From: an uncultured Candidatus Saccharibacteria bacterium
GTDB taxonomy: Bacteria > Patescibacteriota > Saccharimonadia > CAILAD01 > BJGX01
Direction: 5' to 3'
Assembly: GCA_964637185.1 (NCBI GenBank)
Contig: CAZWVB010000001.1
Location: 68,539 to 132,538 of the forward strand
Length of the DNA stretch: 64,000 nucleotides
The notes under the pieces were generated by a model, which did not search any database, was not told the origin of the DNA, and saw only the letters and a list, made by a program, of their open reading frames with translations. A program made the translations under genes and the position numbers. Shown here in pieces: positions 1 to 8,490 of the stretch. Each line of letters starts with the position of its first letter. Position 1 is the stretch's first letter.

Positions 1-2
1 AA

Positions 3-1232
3 GCATCGGCCACCAGTGCCCAAAGTCAGTATGAGCAAATAGTAGCCTTGGTGCGTGAGGCGGCCTCGACCAAATCTCCATTGGTTAGACTGGCAGATGC
101 CTATGCGGTACCGTTTACAGCACTGACTTTTGGGATGGCGGCGATCGCCTGGGCGCTGTCCGGTGATCCAGTGCGTGCTCTAGCTGTGCTGGTGGTAGCA
201 ACACCTTGTCCGCTGCTGATAGCCACGCCAGTCGCAGTAGTTTCGGGTATGAGCCGCGCAGCTAGCCGCGGTATCATAGTCAAGAATGGTGCTTCACTGG
301 AGAAGTTGGCGGTATTGAGCGTGATGGCTTTTGATAAGACCGGTACTCTAACTGCGAATCAGCCCAAGGTAGACAAAGTGGTGCCGGCACAAGGCTATAC
401 CGTTTCCAAACTGCTGCAGTATGCAGCTTCGGTGGAGTCCAATAGTAGTCATGTGTTGGCCCAAGTGATAGTTGATTATGCCAAGGCGCATCGACACAAT
501 CTGCTCAAGTCGACTGAGGTTCACGAAGAGGTAGGCTTTGGTATGCGTGGCTCTGTGTCTGGCCATGATGTGCTGGTAGGCAAAGCAGCTCTGCTAGAAA
601 AAAAACATATCCAACTACCGGCCGATTCGCTGGATGGCAACACAGCAGTATTTGTAGCTATAGGCGGTAAGTATGCGGGCAGTATTAGTTTTGTAGATCC
701 ACTGAGATCTGAGACAGCCGACACGCTGACTCGTCTCAAAAACCTCGGCATCCGCAAACTTATCATGTTGACTGGTGATCGCAAAGCGGTAGCTCAAAAG
801 ATAGCACATCAGGCCGGTATCACCGACGTGCATGCCGAGGCCTTGCCAGCCGATAAGCTAGCCGTGTTGCACGCTCACAAAGATCGTGGTGAGCTGATAG
901 CTATGGTGGGTGATGGAGTCAACGATGCGCCGACTCTAGCGGCGGCAGATGTGGGCATCGCTCTGGGGGCCAAAGGCTCAACGGTGGCATCTGAATCGGC
1001 CGATGTTGTGATCATGCTAGATGATCTTAGCCGTGTCGCCGATGCTGTGGTGATAGCCAAGCGCGCCATTAAGATTGCCAAAGAAAGTATCTTGGTGGGC
1101 ATGGGTCTGAGCCTGGTACTGATGATTTTTGCGGCCTATGGTAAGATACCTCCACTATACGGCGCCATCTTGCAAGAAGTCGTCGATGTGCTGGTGATTC
1201 TCAATGCTTTGCGGGCCAGGCTGAGTGGTTAG
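3..1232 (+). CDS. P-type (P1B-like heavy-metal) cation-transporting ATPase, C-terminal part; 5' end lies upstream of window
   Basis: Reading frame open to the window edge. TPCP transmembrane motif, DKTGTLT phosphorylation site, MLTGD and GDGVNDAP hinge motifs. Confidence 0.85.
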   Translation, partial: ASATSAQSQYEQIVALVREAASTKSPLVRLADAYAVPFTALTFGMAAIAWALSGDPVRALAVLVVATPCPLLIATPVAVVSGMSRAASRGIIVKNGASLEKLAVLSVMAFDKTGTLTANQPKVDKVVPAQGYTVSKLLQYAASVESNSSHVLAQVIVDYAKAHRHNLLKSTEVHEEVGFGMRGSVSGHDVLVGKAALLEKKHIQLPADSLDGNTAVFVAIGGKYAGSISFVDPLRSETADTLTRLKNLGIRKLIMLTGDRKAVAQKIAHQAGITDVHAEALPADKLAVLHAHKDRGELIAMVGDGVNDAPTLAAADVGIALGAKGSTVASESADVVIMLDDLSRVADAVVIAKRAIKIAKESILVGMGLSLVLMIFAAYGKIPPLYGAILQEVVDVLVILNALRARLSG

Positions 1233-2062
1233 AGTTTTAGTATTTTTGGCTTGGAGAGCAAGAATCCCTTGGAACCATTGTAGGCACGACGGCGTGGGAA
1301 AAGTGGTATCAGACCGCTGCCACTGAGTGGCACAAAGCTACGTGCATTGCGATCAACTGTCGTATCAAGTGGCAATTTGCCCAAACAGCGATATGACAAT
1401 AGCCGTGTGGACTTTGGTTTGCGGCCGATTGTCAATCCTCGGATTATTTTCTCCAATTCAGCCAGCCTTTGGGGATCTTTGGCGTACTCAGTGTTGTATT
1501 CAAGCGAAACTGCTGCCTGGTATTGACTAATCATAGAACCAAAACCCTGGGGGATGTACACCAACCTCTTTGCCTGGGTATGGGCAATAATTGCTTTGGA
1601 GCGCTTGGTGAGATTAACTACAATCGGCACTAGGCCATCAGTAGACTGGGCAGTATGAATGTCAACAATGTAGCTTGTTGGATCGATTAGTTTGATCAGC
1701 TCATACGCTATTCTTTGCTCGATATTACCAAACTGATCGCCAGGAAATGATCGGTTGAGATCGGATTCACAAAAGCGCTTGCGTGCTCTATGTGCCGGCT
1801 CGTTGGCTAGGATGATTGTAAGGCCTGCAAACTTATTGATTTGGCGTGCAAAGTGTTGATATACTCGGTAACCAAAAGTTTCGGTGCCGTGGACACAACC
1901 TACAATAGTTACCTTGTATTTAGACTGGTTTGGACTGTGTAAGATTCTCATTGTCTCGCTAGTTATTTTTTTGTGGGTGGCCCCGGGGAGGTTAATCCCC
2001 GAGGCCAGGTTCCAAGTATAGCCTTGGAGGGCTGTGCATTTTTCCTCGCACTTAGGATTCAT
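1229..2062 (-). CDS. succinylglutamate desuccinylase/aspartoacylase (AstE/AspA) family zinc hydrolase
   Basis: VGCVHGTETFG zinc-ligand motif resembles the HGNE motif of aspartoacylase/AstE. True start may be the internal Met at 1951, since the first 37 codons lack support. Confidence 0.6.
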   Translation of the reverse strand: MNPKCEEKCTALQGYTWNLASGINLPGATHKKITSETMRILHSPNQSKYKVTIVGCVHGTETFGYRVYQHFARQINKFAGLTIILANEPAHRARKRFCESDLNRSFPGDQFGNIEQRIAYELIKLIDPTSYIVDIHTAQSTDGLVPIVVNLTKRSKAIIAHTQAKRLVYIPQGFGSMISQYQAAVSLEYNTEYAKDPQRLAELEKIIRGLTIGRKPKSTRLLSYRCLGKLPLDTTVDRNARSFVPLSGSGLIPLFPRRRAYNGSKGFLLSKPKILKL

Positions 2063-2099
2063 CGGCTATATGGAGCCGTACCCGTGGTTCTCACCACTC

Positions 2100-2460
2100 G
2101 TCGCCGAAGCGCATGAGCTTCTCCTTTTTGTAGGTCCACCGAAGGGTGGAGGCTAATGGGATCAAAAAAATCCCATCCTCGATACAGATGCAAATCATCT
2201 GTAGCAAGGACGGGATTCAACAATTCCGTGGTACCACCTTGTTTGTCTATTACCCCCAAATAATGGGTACGAAAAAAGACCACTTCGCTGACTCAGACTC
2301 CACCGACCGGTGGACGACAACAGCTAGTCTATGGTTACGGAGACTACCGAGCTATCACTTGTGCAATAGCCACCCTTTCACTAGCGTGAAGATTTGGCCC
2401 CAACCCTGCTGTCATGCGCCGAGGCGTACCGCAGGAACCAAATTTGGGTTTTGTTATTTA
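2100..2460. ncRNA. unassigned structured non-coding region (candidate small RNA; identity unresolved)
   Basis: No credible ORF in a >500-nt gap. Serial perfect hairpins at 2135-2150, 2158-2174 and 2185-2201. tRNA-like T-arm/acceptor/ACC module at 2208-2238. Nested helix 2392-2443 followed by a U-run. GTGAAAGGGTGG (RNase P CR-IV-like) on the minus strand at 2370-2381. Confidence 0.2.
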
Positions 2461-2565
2461 CAAAGAACTATCGCTAAGTCTAGCACAACCAAGTTGGTTG
2501 TCAATAGCGACCGACTGATATTTTTGTAGATTTACCAATACTCACAGCTAGGTTACAATTGTGTT

Positions 2566-3969
2566 ATGAATCAAATCTCATATTTTCTGAACAACAACAG
2601 TGCAAGCAAGAAAATCACACAGCGTAGTCAGGATTTTCCACAATGGTATCAAGATATTATTGAGGCAGCTGATTTAGCCGAGCACGGCCCTGCCAAGGGT
2701 AGCATGATTATTAAGCCCTATGGCTACGACGTTTGGGAACGCATTCAAGAGGAGCTTGGCAGTAGGATCGCCGCAGCCGGCGTACCCAATATGTATTTTC
2801 CAATATTTATACCCGAAAACCTGCTTCATCGTGAAGCCAAACATGTCGAGGGCTTTTCGCCCGAGGTGGCCGTGGTTACTCATGCTGGTGGCAAAAAGCT
2901 TGATGAACCACTAGTTGTGCGTCCGACGTCAGAAACTATCATGTACGAGAGTTTTAGCAAATGGGTGAACAGCTACCGTGATCTGCCCCTGAAAATCAAC
3001 CAATGGGCCAATGTTGTGCGTTGGGAAATGCGACCACGACTATTCTTGCGTAGCTCAGAATTTTTGTGGCAAGAAGGTCACACGGCTCATGCTACTGTCG
3101 AAGAGGCCGATCAATATGCTCGCGAGATGCTGGCTATGTATCAAGATGTGGCCGAAAACGTCATGGCCATAGCACCAATTGCCGGTGAGAAGAGCGCGGC
3201 GGAGCGTTTTGCCGGCGCCCAAGCCACTTATACTCTCGAAGCGATGATGCAAGATGGTAAAGCGCTGCAATTTGCTACTTCACACAACCTAGGCGATAAT
3301 TTTTCCAAAGCATTTGATGTGCAATACAGTGCCGAAGATGGTAGCCACAAATACGTCGGACAAACTAGCTGGGGTATGAGCACCCGCACTATCGGGGGGC
3401 TGATCATGAGCCATAGTGATGACAAAGGTCTGGTATTACCGCCAAAATTGGCACCAATCCAAGTAGTAATATTGCCAGTCCGTGCAGAGAAAGAAGTAAT
3501 TCAAGCAGCTCACAAACTGGCTGAATCACTGGATGGCGTGCGAGTCTATGTAGATGAGCGCGATGCTCGCATTGGTGAAAAGCACTTTGCTTGGGAGAAG
3601 CGCGGTGTGCCGATCCGACTCGAAATAGGCCCACGCGACATCGAAAACAAACAGGTAATAATGGTAGCCCGCAACGATGAGGCCAAGCAACCAGTGTCAT
3701 TTGACCAGCTTGGCTCCTCCATATCCAATCACCTGGCTCTGCTTCAAGATGAGCTTTTCAAAACGTCCAAGGCTTGCTTAGTTGAGAATACCGTAGAAAC
3801 TAGTGATGAGCAGGCTGCCATCAAAGCGATCGAACAAGGCAAGTTTGCCAAAGTCGACTTTGCAATTGATTCAGCCAAAGAAGCTGAGCTCAAAGCCAAA
3901 CACGCTATCACTGTGCGGTGCTATACATTTGAAGATGCTGGCAAAACTATTCTTGCCAAGGCTTACTGA
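2566..3969 (+). CDS. proS: prolyl-tRNA synthetase (archaeal/eukaryotic-type class II, no editing insertion)
   Basis: 467 aa; class II aaRS motifs; N-terminal region YDVWERIQ typical of archaeal-type ProRS. Confidence 0.9.
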   Translation: MNQISYFLNNNSASKKITQRSQDFPQWYQDIIEAADLAEHGPAKGSMIIKPYGYDVWERIQEELGSRIAAAGVPNMYFPIFIPENLLHREAKHVEGFSPEVAVVTHAGGKKLDEPLVVRPTSETIMYESFSKWVNSYRDLPLKINQWANVVRWEMRPRLFLRSSEFLWQEGHTAHATVEEADQYAREMLAMYQDVAENVMAIAPIAGEKSAAERFAGAQATYTLEAMMQDGKALQFATSHNLGDNFSKAFDVQYSAEDGSHKYVGQTSWGMSTRTIGGLIMSHSDDKGLVLPPKLAPIQVVILPVRAEKEVIQAAHKLAESLDGVRVYVDERDARIGEKHFAWEKRGVPIRLEIGPRDIENKQVIMVARNDEAKQPVSFDQLGSSISNHLALLQDELFKTSKACLVENTVETSDEQAAIKAIEQGKFAKVDFAIDSAKEAELKAKHAITVRCYTFEDAGKTILAKAY

Positions 3970-4214
3970 TGTCAAAGCCTGAGCTCAAACTAGGCGTCTA
4001 TCAACACTACAGCGGCAAGCGCTATTTGGTAATCGCTGAGGCTAAGCACAGCGAAACTCTTGAGCCGCTGGTAGTCTACGTGAGTCTATACGACAACCCC
4101 GAGAGCCAGGCCTGGGTACGTCCCAAGACGATGTTCTTGGAGACCGTTGTGCGAGATGGAAAGAAGCAGCCTAGGTTTAAATATCTAGGCAGTCACTTGC
4201 AATCTACCAAGTAG
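3969..4214 (+). CDS. DUF1653 family small protein
   Basis: GVYQHYSGKRY...LVVYVSLY...WVRPKTMFLETV matches the DUF1653 pattern; ATG overlaps the proS stop. Confidence 0.7.
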   Translation: MSKPELKLGVYQHYSGKRYLVIAEAKHSETLEPLVVYVSLYDNPESQAWVRPKTMFLETVVRDGKKQPRFKYLGSHLQSTK

Positions 4215-4260
4215 AATCGCATAATAACAGTTAAGCATAACAATTATATAAGGAGCAGAT

Positions 4261-4680
4261 ATGTTTAACTTCGTTATTACAAACTGGATGGGGCTGGTCG
4301 TAGCGGTAATTGCTGCCATGGCTATCGGTGCTGTCTGGTACAGCAAAATATTGTTTGGCAAGCAGTGGATGGAATACGCTAAGATCAAAGAAAAGGATAT
4401 GAAAGGTGCGAGTGCGGCTAAAGCCTATGCCATCATGGTGGTAGTGTCAGCCGTGTCAGCAATTGTATTGATGCGATTTTTGGTGATCGCCAATCCACAG
4501 GACATTGGTCAGGCACTCAAGGTGGGTGGCTGGCTGTGGCTTGGTTTTGTAGCACCATTTGTCATCAGTGCTACGGCATTCGAAAAACGACCTTGGGGGC
4601 TCGCTGTGATCTATCTCGGCAACCAGCTGGTTACTATCTTGGCAATGACGGCCATCTTGTACTATATCAACCTAGCCTAG
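4261..4680 (+). CDS. DUF1761 family membrane protein
   Basis: Four predicted TM segments; WYSKILFGKQWM motif typical of DUF1761; RBS AAGGAG upstream. Confidence 0.6.
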   Translation: MFNFVITNWMGLVVAVIAAMAIGAVWYSKILFGKQWMEYAKIKEKDMKGASAAKAYAIMVVVSAVSAIVLMRFLVIANPQDIGQALKVGGWLWLGFVAPFVISATAFEKRPWGLAVIYLGNQLVTILAMTAILYYINLA

Positions 4681-4720
4681 CAGTTTAAGTTTTGCCCACT
4701 ACCCATTTTTGTGACTGATT

Positions 4721-5002
4721 TTGGGTTATTATGATGTTATGACTAACTTCGCTATTGATGTATATGAAGTGGTACGGAATATCCCACGCGGCAAGACTAT
4801 GACTTACAGTGAGGTGGCTCAATCAGCGGGATACCCAGGTGCTGCTAGGGCGGTCGGTACTGCACTAAGCAAGAATTTTGATCCGGAGGTGCCTTGTCAC
4901 AGGGTGGTAAGATCCGATGGCAGACCTGGTCGCTACAACAGAGGCGATGCGCACAAGATTGAGTTATTGCGCCAAGAGGGCGCTATTGTAGTATCTGCTT
5001 GA
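4721..5002 (+). CDS. MGMT-family protein (methylated-DNA-protein-cysteine methyltransferase DNA-binding/active-site domain only)
   Basis: PCHRVV active-site motif with Cys retained; AARAVG helix-turn-helix region. Start may be ATG 4739. Confidence 0.8.
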   Translation: MGYYDVMTNFAIDVYEVVRNIPRGKTMTYSEVAQSAGYPGAARAVGTALSKNFDPEVPCHRVVRSDGRPGRYNRGDAHKIELLRQEGAIVVSA

Positions 5003-5360
5003 TAGTGCCCACTACCTTCTCAGCAAAGCTGTCTAGGTCTGAGTACGACTTGCGCACGGCATGAGTTACGCCATAATCCATTGCCAGCTGATTGTAGGCC
5101 TCGGTATTGGAGATAGCTACTATTTTGTCTGGCCCAAACTTGTCAAAATCAAGTACATGGAAGTAGCCATCGGGCGCAATGTAGTCTAGCAATATGGCGT
5201 CCCAACTATCAGCCGGCATAGGGTTGATCTGCGATGCCACATCGGCGGCTGTTGATATGATCGTGGTATGGGCATCAGGCCACACCTTGGTGATGTGTGA
5301 TTGTAGTGCTGAGATTGCACTGGTGTTGTCTTCGAGTATCAGTATATGAGGCTCTTTCAT
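4983..5360 (-). CDS. stand-alone response-regulator receiver domain protein (CheY-like)
   Basis: ILILEDN acidic pocket and DAILLDY phospho-acceptor Asp; no output domain. Confidence 0.7.
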   Translation of the reverse strand: MKEPHILILEDNTSAISALQSHITKVWPDAHTTIISTAADVASQINPMPADSWDAILLDYIAPDGYFHVLDFDKFGPDKIVAISNTEAYNQLAMDYGVTHAVRKSYSDLDSFAEKVVGTIKQILQ

Positions 5361-5495
5361 AACATAATTATAGAACAGATTAGCAAAACACTTTGTACTA
5401 AAAATGTCAAAAATACTACGCTTTTTATGTCACTTATGCTTTCATGCAATAGTATAATAATTCATGGAAACTTTACAGAAGGGAGGTGAGGCAAC

Positions 5496-5661
5496 GATGA
5501 AGCGCAAGGCACTACGTCGATTTCGCCGTGTGGGCCGCAATTTGCTGCATGATCGCCAAGTAGTCGAGGACATACTCGATGAGATGGCTACCAAGTGGGC
5601 AATACGTGCGGAACGCATGCAAACCAAGGCTTTCAAAAAGCTGCACCCTAAAAATCAATAG
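5496..5661 (+). CDS. small basic hypothetical protein (54 aa)
   Basis: GGAGGTG RBS 7 nt before ATG 5496; followed by a hairpin terminator. Confidence 0.3.
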
Positions 5662-5715
5662 GCAAATATCAATTAACACCGAGGGAAGCGTCGTGTTGTA
5701 CGAGATAAAAGTCTA

Positions 5716-5775
5716 GCAAGCGGCCGGTTTGTTTGAATGCGCAAAAAATTCAGACCGCCCGCTTGTGGTTTTTAT
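5716..5775 (+). terminator. imperfect GC hairpin (AAGCGGCCGGTTT...AGACCGCCCGCTT) followed by GTGGTTTTTAT
   Basis: Seen in sequence downstream of the small ORF. Confidence 0.4.
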
Positions 5776-5916
5776 CTCAAAATTGATAAGGCCGTGTTTT
5801 AGCGCGGTAATTTTTGGTTAGAAAGAACTTATTCTTGTGTGATTATTTGTTTTGTTGCAAACTAGTGGCAGTTCGCAATTCTGCAACTATCCGAACCTCG
5901 ACATCTGGGAGGAACT

Positions 5917-6363
5917 GTGCGGTTCTACATCGCAGGAAAAGCCCGCGGCGGTGAGGCCACCCTCACCGACATCAAGATCAAGCTCGAGTCCAAAGGGCAT
6001 CGTTGTCTGTACGATTGGGCCGGAGGCGGAGTGCGAAAGCCTTACCTGGACCATCGCAATACCAACCTCGAGCCCGCCACCATGATGCACTACGCAGCCA
6101 CGCACTGTCAGGCTTTCATCTTGGTCTGGCATCCGTCGCTGCTCGGTGCCTTGATCGAGCTCGGCATGGCCTTCGGCAATATCGGCAATGACGAGCTAGC
6201 TAGTGGCAAGACCAATCGTCGAGTGTATGTACTCGAAGACCCAAGCGAGCCACTGCGTCAATCCATCTTCTACGTCTTCCCGATCGTACGCATCTGCCAC
6301 GACGACGAGGACTTGTATGCGGCGGTCGAAGCAGATTTCCCGCCGGAGGACGGCCATGGCTGA
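5917..6363 (+). CDS. nucleoside 2-deoxyribosyltransferase-like protein (GC-rich islet a)
   Basis: RFYIAG...GH...; SLLGALIELGMAFG resembles the NDT fold (YxAGP...E-G-A-G). GTG start with GGGAGGAA RBS; high GC3 codon usage. Confidence 0.5.
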   Translation: MRFYIAGKARGGEATLTDIKIKLESKGHRCLYDWAGGGVRKPYLDHRNTNLEPATMMHYAATHCQAFILVWHPSLLGALIELGMAFGNIGNDELASGKTNRRVYVLEDPSEPLRQSIFYVFPIVRICHDDEDLYAAVEADFPPEDGHG

Positions 6364-6661
6364 GCCGGAGATAGCCTATCGCCACACTGTGTTGTTTGTG
6401 ATCCATGGCAGTGTCAGCGATGTGAGCTATCAACAAGCATTGCTTCTTCTACAGGAGCTGGGTCAAGGTAATCCTGACATCTTGGAGTGGGAGATTGCCC
6501 CATCCCTCGATCGGCGCAAGGGTCGGGTCATCGGTGAGCAAGCGGTGTTTCGCAACTGGGACGCCTATCAGCGTTTCCGCGAGTCGGCCAAGCATGTCGA
6601 TGTTGGCAACTTCATGAGCTGTATATCCGACTGGTTAGTCTGGGATCGCCTCGACGAGTAG
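6357..6661 (+). CDS. Dabb (stress-responsive alpha/beta-barrel) family protein (GC-rich islet a)
   Basis: RHTVLFVIHG...FRNWDAYQRFRESAKH matches the Dabb pattern; ATG overlaps the upstream stop. Confidence 0.55.
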
Positions 6662-6679
6662 TCAACAAACAAGTTCAAC

Positions 6680-6720
6680 AACCCCTGGCGGGGCTCCCTG
6701 CCGGGGGTTCCGTCGTTTTT
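6680..6720 (+). terminator. intrinsic terminator (AACCCCTGGC...GCCGGGGGTT stem + CGTCGTTTTT)
   Basis: 10-bp GC stem and T-run directly after the Dabb gene. Confidence 0.5.
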
Positions 6721-6747
6721 ACTTACAGATTTTGGTACAATTGCTCC

Positions 6748-7548
6748 ATGATTAACCTATTTTCCTGGAACGTAAACGGCATTCGCGCCGTTATCAAAAA
6801 AGGTGAATTCCAAAAGTTCATAAAGAAATACAGCCCAGACATACTTTGCCTGCAAGAGACTAAGGCACAGCGAGATCAAGTCGAGATCGAGCTACCTGGC
6901 TATCACGAAGCTTGGAATTCGGCTGTAAAGAAGGGATACAGTGGTACTGCAATTTTCTCCAAGGTTGAGCCAATCCAGGTGGTAAATGGTTTTCCCGATG
7001 CGATTGCTAAGAAATACAACCTAACTGATCATGCCGATCGTGATAGCAGTACCGAGGGTCGGGTAATTGCGGCCGAATTTGACAAGTTTTGGGTAGTAAC
7101 AGTTTATACGCCCAACGCCAAAGACGATCTTAGCCGCATACCACTGCGGCATGAGCACTGGGATCCGGCCTTTTTGGAATATTGCAAAAGCCTGGAAAAG
7201 ACCAAGCCAGTACTGTTCTGTGGGGACTTAAATGTGGCCCACACCGAAGACGATCTAGCTCGACCTAAGCCAAATGTCGGTAAAAAGGGATTTACTGCGG
7301 AGGAGCGCGAAGGTTTTGATAACTTTATTGATGCTGGATTTGTCGATACATTTCGCATCTTCACCCAGGGCAATGGTCACTACAGCTGGTGGACGCACTG
7401 GGCCAATGCGCGGGCTAACAACGTGGGTTGGCGCATAGATTACTGGCTAGCCAGTAAATCACTGGTGCCCAAGATCAAAAAGGCTGAGATCCATGCTGAA
7501 CAGATGGGCAGTGATCACTGTCCAGTGTCAGTAACACTCGAAATGTAA
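6748..7548 (+). CDS. xth: exodeoxyribonuclease III
   Basis: 266 aa; MINLFSWNVNGIRA N-terminus and SDHCPV C-terminal motif of the ExoIII/APE1 family. Confidence 0.9.
   Translation: MINLFSWNVNGIRAVIKKGEFQKFIKKYSPDILCLQETKAQRDQVEIELPGYHEAWNSAVKKGYSGTAIFSKVEPIQVVNGFPDAIAKKYNLTDHADRDSSTEGRVIAAEFDKFWVVTVYTPNAKDDLSRIPLRHEHWDPAFLEYCKSLEKTKPVLFCGDLNVAHTEDDLARPKPNVGKKGFTAEEREGFDNFIDAGFVDTFRIFTQGNGHYSWWTHWANARANNVGWRIDYWLASKSLVPKIKKAEIHAEQMGSDHCPVSVTLEM
7441..7548 (+). repeat. copy A of duplicated xth 3' end (about 80-85% identical to 8383-8490)
   Basis: Aligned by eye: tactggctagccagtaaatcactggtgcccaagatcaaaaaggctgag...gggcagtgatcactgtccagtg. Confidence 0.8.
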
Positions 7549-7965
7549 AACAATCATCTAGATCCCAGGCGAGAGTTTTTTTACTGTTTATTTTTTTGTG
7601 GCGTAACGAGACTTCTTAATAAACATACTTCAAACAGGAGCGTTCGTAATCATGCCTGACAAAATCTATTTAAGTTTAGCTTCTACTTCGACATGGGTCA
7701 CAACATTACGTGTAGCAGGCTCAATATTTTTGAGATCTAGCTTATTAACTTGTTGCTGGTTTATATAGACAAAATGCAAATACGTACGGTAAAAATCACT
7801 TATGGATGAGCTAACGACCTTGATATTACTGATTAACAATCTATAATAAGTACAAACATAACAGCATTAGTAATAAAGGTAAGCAAACCGATAGCTACAA
7901 AATCCAAGAACAGAACAAATACTGCCAAATCGAGTCAACCTAGACAATTTAGATATCGTTGGTGG

Positions 7966-8298
7966 ATGGCACTTATTTTGGTCGTGGTGGTTGCAGTTAT
8001 TGGTATCGTCATCGTACGCTTTGGTCAAGCCTCTAGAGCGTACACAAATGCTTACCCTGATACTGTCAATGGATTTACCTCGATGGCGGGTGGGATAACA
8101 ATACTTAACCTTCGTTCTAGTGGCAATTGGGTACAGTCAAGCGACGTACCATATACGAGATGGTTTCCAAATACACATGTAAAACAAACTTGCGCAGACA
8201 TAGTTGCTAAAGATTCTAAAAGACCATTCGCTGTAGGTACGCAGGTCGAAGTAAGAGAGTATGCCCCGACAGGTGGCGATCTTACTTGGTGCCCATAG
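7966..8298 (+). CDS. small signal-anchored secreted protein, member of the conserved-leader family (in AT-rich insert)
   Basis: N-terminus MALILVVVVAVIGIVIVRFGQAS matches the leader family; upstream in-frame KSSQPRQFRYRWW lacks a start codon. Confidence 0.45.
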   Translation: MALILVVVVAVIGIVIVRFGQASRAYTNAYPDTVNGFTSMAGGITILNLRSSGNWVQSSDVPYTRWFPNTHVKQTCADIVAKDSKRPFAVGTQVEVREYAPTGGDLTWCP

Positions 8299-8382
8299 GG
8301 TAGACTAGATATTAAGTCTGATGTAATCAAAGTATAAAAAAACGAGGAAAAAATATGTTCCTACTATACCTATCGTAGCTAC

Positions 8383-8490
8383 TATTGGCTAGCTAGTAAA
8401 TCATTGCTGCCCAAGATCAAGAAGGCAGAGATTATTGTTGATCAGATGGGCAGTGATCACTGTCCAGTGAGTGTGACTATAGATCTCTAA
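8383..8490 (+). pseudogene. orphan 3' fragment of xth (encodes ...YWLASKSLLPKIKKAEIIVDQMGSDHCPVSVTIDL*)
   Basis: Direct, diverged repeat of xth codons about 231-266 with no upstream gene body. Confidence 0.7.

Noticed and set aside
1882-2238. Full-length tmRNA (ssrA) ending at the tRNA-like module 2208-2238, with the 5' acceptor strand GGTGCCG at 1882 (354 nt upstream, a typical tmRNA length)
   Set aside because: The candidate 5' strand is the antisense of the codons for the HGTE zinc-ligand motif of the AstE/AspA gene, so it is coding sequence. No alternative GGUACCA-type partner or UUCGAC/tag-reading-frame features were found. The tRNA-like piece is kept only as part of an unassigned structured region.
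2146-2529. 127-codon plus-strand ORF in the proS upstream spacer
   Set aside because: W/C/H/R-rich random-like composition, no RBS, overlaps dense hairpins; judged non-coding.
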